Below the pieces are notes generated by a model. It was not told where the DNA came from. It made no database searches and was given only the letters and a program-made list of their open reading frames with translations. Of a stretch of 32,000 nt of DNA, positions 10,565 through 20,483 are shown in pieces. The translations under genes were made by a program, and so were the position numbers. The DNA is taken from the sequence record SDGA01000013.1; one strand, given 5' to 3'. Within the stretch, counting starts at the first letter, position 1. Every line of letters begins with the position of its first letter.

Positions 10565-11124
10565 TGTATGGAGTAATAGGGATAATGATGATAATGACGT
10601 TAAGAATGGAGGAAGTAATGGGAGTGCATGTAGGAATGTCATGGTTGGGGATAGTGAGTAGTATAATGATGGGAATAATGGGAGGAGTGTATAGTGTGAG
10701 TGGTAATGAGAAAAGTATGGAATGGATGGAGAAGATAAGAGAGGAGAGTAAAATGTATGTGAGTATGAGTATAGTGACAGGAATGATATGGAGTAAGGAA
10801 GTGTGGTCAGAATGGTGGGTAAGAGATGTGCGTAATGTGAGTATGTTAGTGTTATGGATGATAATAATAATAATGGGTAGAATAAAAAGGAAGGAAATAA
10901 AAAGTATGTTAGGATTGATGGTGATGATAAATATGCCGATAATAAAATATTCAGTGGAGTGGTGGAATACGATGCATCAGCCGATGAGTATAAGTGAGTG
11001 GGGAGGAAGTATGGGAAGGAAAGAAATAGAGGAGATAATAAAGGTGATAATGATAGGAGTAAGTATAAGTATGGAGAAGCAGAGGAACATGAGAAGAAGA
11101 GAGGCAAATACGGGAAAGCTGTAA
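10564..11124 (+). CDS. ccmC: Cytochrome c maturation (System I) heme-handling protein CcmC
   Basis: NMPIIKYSVEWWNTMHQP matches NLPIIHYSVEWWNTLHQ. The Trp-rich motif VWSEWWVRDVRNVS matches WGTWWVWDARLTS. TAATG overlap with nad4L. Confidence 0.9.
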   Translation: MYGVIGIMMIMTLRMEEVMGVHVGMSWLGIVSSIMMGIMGGVYSVSGNEKSMEWMEKIREESKMYVSMSIVTGMIWSKEVWSEWWVRDVRNVSMLVLWMIIIIMGRIKRKEIKSMLGLMVMINMPIIKYSVEWWNTMHQPMSISEWGGSMGRKEIEEIIKVIMIGVSISMEKQRNMRRREANTGKL

Positions 11125-11129
11125 AAGAA

Positions 11130-13030
<1,901 letters not shown>

Positions 13031-13167
13031 CATCAGCATGTACGAAAACAACACACATCATGTGACAACAAATCAACTCACCTATGAAAAAAAATAAGAG
13101 TGCAGTAAAAGAGGAGAGTGAAATAGAAGAGTATACAAGACAAGTATCAGAGTGGAGAATAATAAGA

Positions 13168-13437
13168 GAGTATAAGAGCAGGAAGGGAATAGGAACTCAG
13201 CTATGAAGAAAAAAAAATAAGAGTAGAGTATAAGAGCAGGAAGGGAATAGGAACTCAGCTATGAAGAAAAAAAAATAAGAGTAGAGTATAAGAGCAGGAA
13301 GGGAATAGGAACTCAGCTATGAAGAAAAAAAAATAAGAGTAGAGTATAAGAGCAGGAAGGGAATAGGAACTCAGCTATGAAGAAAAAAAAATAAGAGTAG
13401 AGTATAGGAGCAGGAAGGGGATACGAACTCAGCTATG
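13168..13437. repeat. 58-bp tandem array, about 4.6 units
   Basis: ctatgaag recurs at 13201, 13259, 13317 and 13375. The unit is gagtataagagcaggaagggaataggaactcagctatgaagaaaaaaaaataagagta. Confidence 0.95.
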
Positions 13438-13606
13438 GTGGAGAGAGTAGAAAGAGAGTGTTGAGAGAGCCAGTAGGATAAGAGAAGTAAAAGAGTGTTG
13501 TAGTGTAGGCTTGTAGTTCTGTATGTTGTGAATGTTAAAAGAAAATGTTTTTGTAAAGGTAGGGGGTAAGTAAAGAAGGATCATGATTAAGGATGTTTTA
13601 TGTAAG
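13425..13606 (+). repeat. Dispersed NCR repeat, diverged copy A
   Basis: Head gaactcagctatggtggagagagtagaa matches 18857. The body matches copies B and C with substitutions and a short deletion. Confidence 0.85.
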
Positions 13607-13774
13607 GAGTAAAAGAGCAGAACATGATAAGAGCAGTAAGGGAATAGGAACTCAGCTATGAAGAAGAAAAAAATAAGAGTGGAGTAAAAGAGGAGAGTGA
13701 AATAGAAGAGTATAAAGGTAGAGTATAAGAGCAGGAAGGGATACGAACTCAGCTTCAAGAGCAGAAGAAGAAGA

Positions 13775-13971
13775 GGAGAGTGTTGAAAGAGCCAGTAGGA
13801 TAAGAGAAGTAAAAGAGTGTTGTAGTGGAGGCTTGTAGCGGTGTTTGTGTTGTATGTTGTGAATGTTAAAAGAAAATGTTTTTGTAAAGGTAGGTGGGGT
13901 AAGTAAAGAAGGATCATGATTAAGGATGTTTTATGTAAGAAAGAGATGGGGATATGAAAGAAATGTCATGA
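13775..13971 (+). repeat. Dispersed NCR repeat, copy B (197 bp, identical to 18885-19081)
   Basis: Line-by-line comparison shows identity from ggagagtgttgaaagagccagtagg to aaatgtcatga. Confidence 0.92.
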
Positions 13972-14019
13972 TTAAGGATATTTGATGTAAGAGGAAGTAA
14001 GAGAGGAGTAAAAGAGTAG

Positions 14020-14262
14020 ATGAAGAGAGCAAGAGTAGGAAGTGTAACGTTGTATAGAGGAGAAAAAAAATCGATAAGTTCAATAATGAATAGAATAGGA
14101 GTAATAATGGTGAGTGTAGTAATGATAATGATGGAAATGATAAGGAGGAGAGTAGAAGGAGGAGAGGAAATAGAGGTAGGAGTGGAGATGTTAGAGTGGA
14201 TGAAGGAGATAGTGAGTGTAGGAATAATATATCATGTGTATAAAGTATGGAAGGAGAGATGA
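14020..14262 (+). CDS. orf80, hypothetical small membrane protein
   Basis: ATG start and one hydrophobic helix (IGVIMVSVVMIMMEMI). Its TGA overlaps the nad6 ATG as ATGA, the same coupling seen at nad2/nad1 and nad1/nad3. I recognise no motif. Confidence 0.35.
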   Translation: MKRARVGSVTLYRGEKKSISSIMNRIGVIMVSVVMIMMEMIRRRVEGGEEIEVGVEMLEWMKEIVSVGIIYHVYKVWKER

Positions 14263-14807
14263 TAGGAGTGTATGAGGTAATAGGAGGAATAGCAGTGATA
14301 AGTGGAATAGCAGTAATAAGTAAGCGTAAAGGAGTAGAATCGGTAGTGTATATGATAATAAGTTTTGTGAATATAGCGGTGTGGTTGATAAGGATAGGAG
14401 TAGAGTATGTGGCGTGGATAATAATGTTGGTGTATATAGGAGCGATAGCGGTGTTGTTTATGTTTGTAGTGATGATGTTGGAGATAAAAGAGGAGGAAAG
14501 AGGAAGAGAGTATAAGGGTATGATGATATTGGTAGGAATAGGAGTGAGTGTAGTGATAGGAGGAAGGAGTTGGATAGAAGAGAAGAGTGAAGAATGGATA
14601 GAGAGGAAAGAGAAGATAGGAAATGTAAGAGTAATAGCGAAGGTAATGTATGGAGAGAAATGGATAGGGATAATGGAGTGTGGAATGATGTTAATGTTGG
14701 CGATGATAGCAGTGATAATGATGACAGAGGGAGAGATAAGAAAGAGGGAAGATGTGAGAGATCAAGAATTAAGAAGATGGGAGAAGGTGATAAGAAGAAA
14801 GGAATGA
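14259..14807 (+). CDS. nad6: NADH dehydrogenase subunit 6
   Basis: Hallmark [17 protein letters not shown]. Start taken at the ATGA overlap; an alternative ATG is at 14247. Confidence 0.88.
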   Translation: MIGVYEVIGGIAVISGIAVISKRKGVESVVYMIISFVNIAVWLIRIGVEYVAWIIMLVYIGAIAVLFMFVVMMLEIKEEERGREYKGMMILVGIGVSVVIGGRSWIEEKSEEWIERKEKIGNVRVIAKVMYGEKWIGIMECGMMLMLAMIAVIMMTEGEIRKREDVRDQELRRWEKVIRRKE

Positions 14808-15932
14808 GGATTCGAGAAGAGCGAGTAGAGGAAGAAAGAGTAGGAAGAAAGAGAAGTAAAGTAGAGTAGAGAAGAGTCCAAGTGTAAGGAAGGGAGAATC
14901 AACAGGCATAGCGCCAATCCAGGTAAGTAAAAAGAAAGAAGAAAGGAAGAGGAAGAAGCAGATGCGTAGTAAAGGACGAAAGAGGGAGCTACGAGAGGAG
15001 AAGCTGTGTATCCAAGGAAGGAAGAAAAGTATAAGGATAGCAGAGATCATGGTGAGAACACCAGCGAGTTTATGAGGGATACTGCGTAGAATAGCATAGA
15101 AAGGAAGGAAATACCACTCAGGAACGATGTGAGTAGGAGTAAGCATAGGGTTAGCAAGGATGTAATTATCAGGATGGGCAAGAGAATTAGGTGAGAAGAA
15201 GAGAAGTGCAGAAAAAGGAAGAAAAAGGAAGAGTAAGCCGAGTAAGTCTTTGAGAAGGAAATAGGGAGAAAGAGGGAGTTTAGTAAAGGAGGAATCAAGT
15301 CCAAGAGGATTGCCAGAGGAAGAATGATGTAAAGAAATCATGTGAAGTAAGGAAAAAGCAAAGATAAGGAAAGGAAGAAGGAAGTGTAAACTGAAGAAGC
15401 GATGAAGTGTAGGGTTATCAACGGAGAAACCGCCCCAGATCCAGGTAACAAGAGAATGACCGATAAGAGGAAAAGCAGAGAGGAGATTGGTGATAACGGT
15501 GGCGCCCCAGAGACTCATTTGTCCCCAAGGAAGGACATAACCGATGAAAGCAGTAAGGATGGAGAAGAAGAGAAGAAGAACGCCGAAAATCCAGACCCAA
15601 TGTCTAGGAGGAGAATAAGAAGCGTAGTAGAGTCCGCGGAAGAGGTGTAAGTAGAGTAGGATGAAGAAGAGAGAAGCGCCATTGAGATGAGAATATCGTA
15701 GCAGCCATCCAAAGGGTAGGTCACGCATGATATGTTCAACACTGTGGAAGGCGAGTAAGATGTGAGGAGTGTAGTGCATGGCGAGAAAAATACCAGTGAA
15801 AATTTGTAGAGCAAGAGCAATAAAAAGAAGGAAGCCAAAATTCCAAGCATAATGTATGTTAAGAGGGGTAGGATAGTCAACAAGGTGCTGAGGAAGCAGT
15901 TGTAAAAGGGGTCTTTTGAAGAAGGATTTCAT
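14769..15932 (-). CDS. cob: Apocytochrome b (only minus-strand gene)
   Basis: Motifs [70 protein letters not shown]. First ATG is at 15932; the ORF opens at a TTG at 15959. Confidence 0.95.
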   Translation of the reverse strand: MKSFFKRPLLQLLPQHLVDYPTPLNIHYAWNFGFLLFIALALQIFTGIFLAMHYTPHILLAFHSVEHIMRDLPFGWLLRYSHLNGASLFFILLYLHLFRGLYYASYSPPRHWVWIFGVLLLFFSILTAFIGYVLPWGQMSLWGATVITNLLSAFPLIGHSLVTWIWGGFSVDNPTLHRFFSLHFLLPFLIFAFSLLHMISLHHSSSGNPLGLDSSFTKLPLSPYFLLKDLLGLLFLFLPFSALLFFSPNSLAHPDNYILANPMLTPTHIVPEWYFLPFYAILRSIPHKLAGVLTMISAILILFFLPWIHSFSSRSSLFRPLLRICFFLFLSSFFLLTWIGAMPVDSPFLTLGLFSTLLYFSFFLLFLPLLALLESSFLSSYHLLPSS

Positions 15933-16001
15933 GAAAGGCCTAGATTGGTTCAAATCCAAGTAGGGTAGAGTAAGAAGGAGAGTAAAAGAGAGTAAAGAGG
16001 G

Positions 16002-16733
16002 ATGGTGATAAGAAGTGATGCGCCGGCAAGGTGGTCGATAGGGTTTCAGGATCCAGCGACTCCAGTGATGGAGGGTATAATAAATTTACATCATGATATA
16101 ATGTATTTCATGATAATGATAATGGGAATGGTAATATACATAATGATAAGGATAATATATAAATATGATTATAGGAAGAATAGGGAGGAGATGAAGGAGA
16201 AGAGAGGAGCATTGATAGAGGCGATATGGACGTTAATGCCAACAGTGATATTGATATTTATAGCAGTGCCATCATATGCATTGTTGTATGCGATGGAAGA
16301 GGAGGTAGATGCGGGAGTAACAGTAAAGATAATAGGGCATCAGTGGTATTGGAGTTATGAGTATTCGGATTATGGAGAGGAAGGGATAAGTTATGATTCG
16401 TATATGATAGGAGAGGAGGATTTAGAAGAGGGAGATTTGAGAATGTTGGAAGTAGATAATAGGATGGTGTTGCCGATAAGAACTCATGTGAGGTTGTTGA
16501 TGACGTCATCGGATGTGATTCATAGTTGGGCAGTGCCATCATTGGGAGTGAAGTGTGATGCGGTGCCGGGTAGGTTAAGTCAGGTGTGGTTGTATATGAA
16601 GAGGGAGGGAGTGTATTATGGTCAGTGTTCAGAGTTGTGTGGTATAAATCATGCGTATATGCCAATAGTAGTGGAGGGAGTGAAGGTAGAGGGATATAAG
16701 GAGTGGATAAAAAATAAGATAAGAGAGGAGTAA
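16002..16733 (+). CDS. cox2: Cytochrome c oxidase subunit 2
   Basis: Motifs [58 protein letters not shown]. Confidence 0.96.
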   Translation: MVIRSDAPARWSIGFQDPATPVMEGIINLHHDIMYFMIMIMGMVIYIMIRIIYKYDYRKNREEMKEKRGALIEAIWTLMPTVILIFIAVPSYALLYAMEEEVDAGVTVKIIGHQWYWSYEYSDYGEEGISYDSYMIGEEDLEEGDLRMLEVDNRMVLPIRTHVRLLMTSSDVIHSWAVPSLGVKCDAVPGRLSQVWLYMKREGVYYGQCSELCGINHAYMPIVVEGVKVEGYKEWIKNKIREE

Positions 16734-16734
16734 G

Positions 16735-17529
16735 ATGGAAAAGGAGAGTAGAATAAGGGAATATCATTTGGTGGATGTGAGTCCATGGCCAGTGATGTCA
16801 GTAATAGGGTTGATGGGGATATTAATAGGGATGGTAGAGTGGATGCATGGAATGGGAGGAAGAATAGTGGTAATGGGAATAATAAGTATGTTGATGGTGA
16901 TGTATGGATGGTGGAGAGATGTGTTAAGAGAGGGAATATTGGAGGGGAGTCATACGGGAAAAGTACAGGAGGGAATAAGGAATGGAATGTTATGGTTTAT
17001 ATTTTCGGAGATGATGTTGTTTGTGTCGATATTTTGGGCGTATTATCATAGTAGTTTAAGTCCATCAGTAGAGTTAGGAGGAGTATGGCCGCCAGCAGGG
17101 ATAAGGGTAGTGGAAGTATGGGAATTACCGATGTTAAATACGTTATTGTTGTTGTTGAGTGGAGTAACAGTGACATGGAGTCATGAGAGTATGAGGAGTG
17201 GAGAGAGGGAGGAGATGGAGAAAGGGTTGTGGATAACGATATTGTTGGGGATAAGTTTTATGGGAGTGCAGGTGTATGAATATTATGAATCAGATTTTAG
17301 GATAACAGATGGAGTGTATGGAAGTAGTTTTTATTTAGGAACAGGATTTCATGGGATGCATGTATTGTTGGGAGTAATAATGTTATCGGTAGGAATGGTG
17401 AGGAGTATAAGGGGAGAGTTAACAGTGCAGCATCATGTGGGGTTAGAGGCGGCGATATGGTATTGGCATTTTGTGGATGTGGTGTGGTTGTTTTTGTTTG
17501 TAAGTATATATTGGTGGGGAGGTGTATAG
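16735..17529 (+). CDS. cox3: Cytochrome c oxidase subunit 3
   Basis: Motifs HLVDVSPWP, GFHGMHVLLG, WYWHFVDVVWLFLF. Confidence 0.95.
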   Translation: MEKESRIREYHLVDVSPWPVMSVIGLMGILIGMVEWMHGMGGRIVVMGIISMLMVMYGWWRDVLREGILEGSHTGKVQEGIRNGMLWFIFSEMMLFVSIFWAYYHSSLSPSVELGGVWPPAGIRVVEVWELPMLNTLLLLLSGVTVTWSHESMRSGEREEMEKGLWITILLGISFMGVQVYEYYESDFRITDGVYGSSFYLGTGFHGMHVLLGVIMLSVGMVRSIRGELTVQHHVGLEAAIWYWHFVDVVWLFLFVSIYWWGGV

Positions 17530-18049
17530 GAGATATAAGCAATGGAGGAAAGAGATAGAGCAGAGAATAGAAGAGGTGAGGTTAGTGTGGAAAGAGGAAT
17601 GGAATGAGAGTAGAAAAAGAATAGTGATATTGGGAATAGCAGTGGGTGTGTTGAGTTGGGATGAGGAGTGGGTATTAATGATAAGTTATATAATGGTGAT
17701 GTTGATAATAGTAAAGTTATATGGAGAAAAGATAGGAGAGTATATAGATGAGGAATGTAAGAAGGAAATGAGTAAAAGATGGAGAGAGTGGGAGCGATAT
17801 AAGCAGATAGAAGAAGAAGAGGGAGTGTATAAGGAGTGTGAATTATGGTGTGAGGAGAATAAGAGAAGAATAAGAGGAGTAAAAGAGAACATGGAGTTGG
17901 GAATAGAGAAAAGCGTAAGGCAGCAGTTGAATAAGAGTTTAGAACAGATAATAAAGGTAGAAGCATGGTTAGAGATGGAAGAGGAGAGTAGAGAGGAAGA
18001 GATAGAAATGGAGAAGCAAATGGAAATAGAGCAGAAGATAAGAATATAA
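17522..18049 (+). CDS. orf175, hypothetical; architecture fits ATP synthase subunit b (atp4/ymf39)
   Basis: Hydrophobic segment (ILGIAVGVL...ISYIMVMLIIV) followed by a long E/K/R/Q-rich helical tail. GTG start overlaps the cox3 stop; first in-frame ATG is at 17678. No diagnostic motif. Confidence 0.35.
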   Translation: MYRRYKQWRKEIEQRIEEVRLVWKEEWNESRKRIVILGIAVGVLSWDEEWVLMISYIMVMLIIVKLYGEKIGEYIDEECKKEMSKRWREWERYKQIEEEEGVYKECELWCEENKRRIRGVKENMELGIEKSVRQQLNKSLEQIIKVEAWLEMEEESREEEIEMEKQMEIEQKIRI

Positions 18050-18160
18050 AAGCATGAGAAATAGAAGAAGCAGTGTATGTAAGGTAGGGGATAGGAAACT
18101 GAAATCATGATGACATGAGGAGTAGTATAGGAGAAAAAAAAGGGAAAGTATAAAAGAGGA

Positions 18161-18600
18161 GAGTATAGGAGAAAAATGAGAGAGTATAAGAGTGGAGTAA
18201 AAGAGGAGAGTATAGGAGAAAAATGAGAGAGTATAAGAGTGGAGTAAAAGAGGAGAGTATAAGAGTGTAGTAAAAGAGGAGAGTATAGGAGAAAAATGAG
18301 AGAGTATAAGAGCAGTAAGGGAATAGGAACTCAGTTATGAAGAAAAAAAATAAGAGTGGAGTAAAAGAGGAGAGTATAGGAGAAAAATGAGAGAGTATAA
18401 GAGTGTAGTAAAAGAGGAGAGTATAGGAGAAAAATGAGAGAGTATAAGAGCAGTAAGGGAATATGAACTCAGTTATGAAGAAAAAAAATAAGAGTGGAGT
18501 AAAAGAGGAGAGTATAGGAGAAAAAGAAGAGAGTGAAATAGAAGAGTATAAAGGGAGAGTATAAGAGCAGTAAGAGAATACGAACTCAGCTTCAAGAGCG
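18161..18600. repeat. Composite tandem repeats (47-bp and 137-bp periodicities)
   Basis: gagtatagga recurs at 18161 and 18208. gagcagtaaggga recurs at 18310 and 18447. Shares the module ggaactcagYtatgaagaaaaaaaataagagt with 13168-13437. Confidence 0.9.
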
Positions 18601-18762
18601 GGAAGAAGAAGAGGAGAGTGAGACAGGGGAATAAAGAAATAGAAGAAGCGTTGATTAGAGAAGAACCAGTTAAGCATAAGTATAAAAACAAAGTGTGTGA
18701 GGTACTGCACGACTAGCAAAGAGTAAAAGTGTATGATATAACGCTTAAAGCAAACAAAAATG

Positions 18763-18837
18763 TGGGGAGTAACTTAAAGAAGGCAAGAGTGGTGGCGTCC
18801 AAAGTCATTGGTGTAGGTTCAAGTCCTGTCTTCCCAG
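18763..18837 (+). tRNA. trnW: tRNA-Trp (CCA)
   Basis: Acceptor tggggag/cttccca, D stem actt/gagt, anticodon stem gtggc/gtcat, loop gtCCAaa, T arm gtagg-ttcaagt-cctgt. Confidence 0.8.
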
Positions 18838-18856
18838 CCTTGTAGGAAGGGGATAC

Positions 18857-19081
18857 GAACTCAGCTATGGTGGAGAGAGTAGAAGGAGAGTGTTGAAAGA
18901 GCCAGTAGGATAAGAGAAGTAAAAGAGTGTTGTAGTGGAGGCTTGTAGCGGTGTTTGTGTTGTATGTTGTGAATGTTAAAAGAAAATGTTTTTGTAAAGG
19001 TAGGTGGGGTAAGTAAAGAAGGATCATGATTAAGGATGTTTTATGTAAGAAAGAGATGGGGATATGAAAGAAATGTCATGA
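18857..19081 (+). repeat. Dispersed NCR repeat, copy C (18885-19081 identical to 13775-13971)
   Basis: Direct comparison. Same orientation as copies A and B. Confidence 0.92.
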
Positions 19082-19102
19082 CTCATGAGAGCGTTAGTGA
19101 GG

Positions 19103-19601
19103 GTTGTGATAGGGTAAAATCGTAAGGAGAGGAGTGTAGAGGGGAATCATACAGGTGAGTGAGAGAAAGTGCTGAAAAAACGCATTTTTTGTAAGTGAGA
19201 ATGGATCTGTGAGGTGAAGGAGTGAGAGCAGAGAGAGAGTAAGAGAGAAAGAAGAGGAGTAAGAGAGAAGAAAGAAGAGATAAGAAAACGCAGGTTGTGA
19301 TAGGGTAAAATCGTAAGGAGAGAAGTGTAGAAGGGAATCGTACAGGAGGGTAGGAGAAAGTGGTGAAAAAACGCATTTTTTGTAAGTGAGAATGGATCTG
19401 TGAGGTGAAGGAGTGAGAGCAGAGAGAGAGTAAGAGAGAAAGAAGAGGAGTAAGAGAGAAGAAAGAAGAGATAAGAAAACGCAGGTTGTGATAGGGTAAA
19501 ATCGTAAGGAGAGAAGTGTAGAAGGGAATCGTACAGGAGGGTAGGAGAAAGTGGTGAAAAAACGCATTTTTTGTAAGTGAGAATGGATCTGTGAGGTGAA
19601 G
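19103..19601. repeat. 191-bp tandem array, about 2.6 units
   Basis: gttgtgatagggtaaaatcg occurs at 19103, 19294 and 19485. Each unit carries aaaaaacgcatttttt (19175, 19366, 19557). Confidence 0.95.
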
Positions 19602-19614
19602 AATTGTGAAGAGT

Positions 19615-19666
19615 AGACATAAGGGGAATCACTGAGGTGAGAATACGTTCGACTCGTATAATGTCT
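19615..19666 (+). ncRNA. tRNA-like acceptor/T-arm minihelix (no anticodon arm)
   Basis: agacat/atgtct 6-bp acceptor-like stem, small hairpin tcac-tgag-gtga, perfect T arm atacg-ttcgact-cgtat. Confidence 0.3.
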
Positions 19667-19669
19667 GTG

Positions 19670-19712
19670 CGAATCCTGCGGGGTGAGATCCTATTGGATC
19701 GAAAAGGATTCG
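19670..19712 (+). other. Nested stem-loop
   Basis: cgaatcct (19670-19677) pairs with aggattcg (19705-19712). Inner stem gatcc/ggatc with loop tatt. Confidence 0.6.
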
Positions 19713-19787
19713 TGTGCGGGAATAATATCGTGGTGTAAAAGCCATGGTGAAGTAGCAGGAAAGGTGTGAGTAATTGAAGTAAGGAAG

Positions 19788-19910
19788 TGGTTGCAAGTGA
19801 AGTATAAGTGGCTTATTGCGGATCCCATGTTGAACCTAGTATAATCTTATGTATGTAGGTGGTAAGCTAACTGTATGGAGGTTGAAGTAGTAGTTAGACG
19901 TTGTAATACT
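19788..19910 (+). rRNA. rrn5: Candidate 5S rRNA
   Basis: cccatgttgaacctagta matches the loop C consensus CCCATGCCGAACTCAGAA. gaagtagtag matches GAGAGTAGG. Closing helix gttgcaa (19790)/ttgtaat (19901) gives about 118 nt. Helix II gtataag/cttatgt. Confidence 0.55.
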
Positions 19911-20137
19911 GCAGGTTATGCGTGTAATGAAAAGAGGAATCGGGATGTGGTTCCAAGAGACGATGGAATGAAGGAGATGAAAGCATAATTTAACAGAGGA
20001 GAAGAAGGGAAGGAAAGGCCTACTTCCTGGAAAAGGAATTTGTGAAGATGAACTGTGCTGTGAAAAGAGGTGTGGGAATGTTAGAAAAGGAATGGTAAGA
20101 AGTCATGGATAAGGCGTAGAAAGGTGTAGGGAAAGGT

Positions 20138-20468
20138 GAGGATGCAAACTGAGGATGCAAACTGAAGAATCGGAAAAAGTACGGTAAGGATGCAAGCGAA
20201 AGAAAAGAGCACGGTAAGAAGGCGAGCCAAAGAAAAGAAAGAGAAAAAATAAAAGAAAAAAGCAAGGTAAGAAGGCGAGCTGGAGCCAAAGAAAAAAAAT
20301 AACGGTAAGAAGGCGAGCAAACTGAGAAGGAAAAAGTACGGTAGGTAAGTGAGCAAGAGTGGAGAAAGTAAAAAGCACGGTAAGAAGGCGAGGAAAAAGA
20401 GAAGGGAAGAGTACGGTAAGAAGGCGAGGAAGAGTGGAGAAAGCGTAAAAGCAAGGAAAGAAGGCGAG
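20138..20468. repeat. Iteron-like array: eight copies of acggtaagaaggcgag, preceded by a tandem 13-mer gaggatgcaaact x2
   Basis: Motif starts at 20181, 20211, 20264, 20302, 20338, 20377, 20413 and 20453, giving spacings of 30-53 bp. Copies 1, 3, 5 and 8 are degenerate. Confidence 0.85.
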
Positions 20469-20483
20469 AATAAGAAAATGCCC

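Noticed and set aside
13429-13917. Minus-strand ORFs sharing the N-terminus MILLYLPHLPLQKHFLLTFTTYNTNTATSLHYNT (also at 18713-19027).
   Set aside because: The shared part is simply the 197-bp dispersed repeat read in the stop-poor strand. The continuations differ, the sequence is low-complexity, and no motif is present.
15944-15960. T-arm-like ttggttcaaatccaa upstream of cob, as a possible sixth tRNA.
   Set aside because: I could not build an acceptor stem, nor a correctly spaced anticodon arm, on either strand. The only GAA-loop candidate would need a 16-nt variable region.
13168-20468. Repeat arrays that could be mistaken for CRISPR.
   Set aside because: The units are contiguous tandem repeats (58, 47/137 and 191 bp) with no unique spacers. 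The 16-nt iterons are too short and their linkers are related purine-rich filler. The context is organellar and there are no cas genes.
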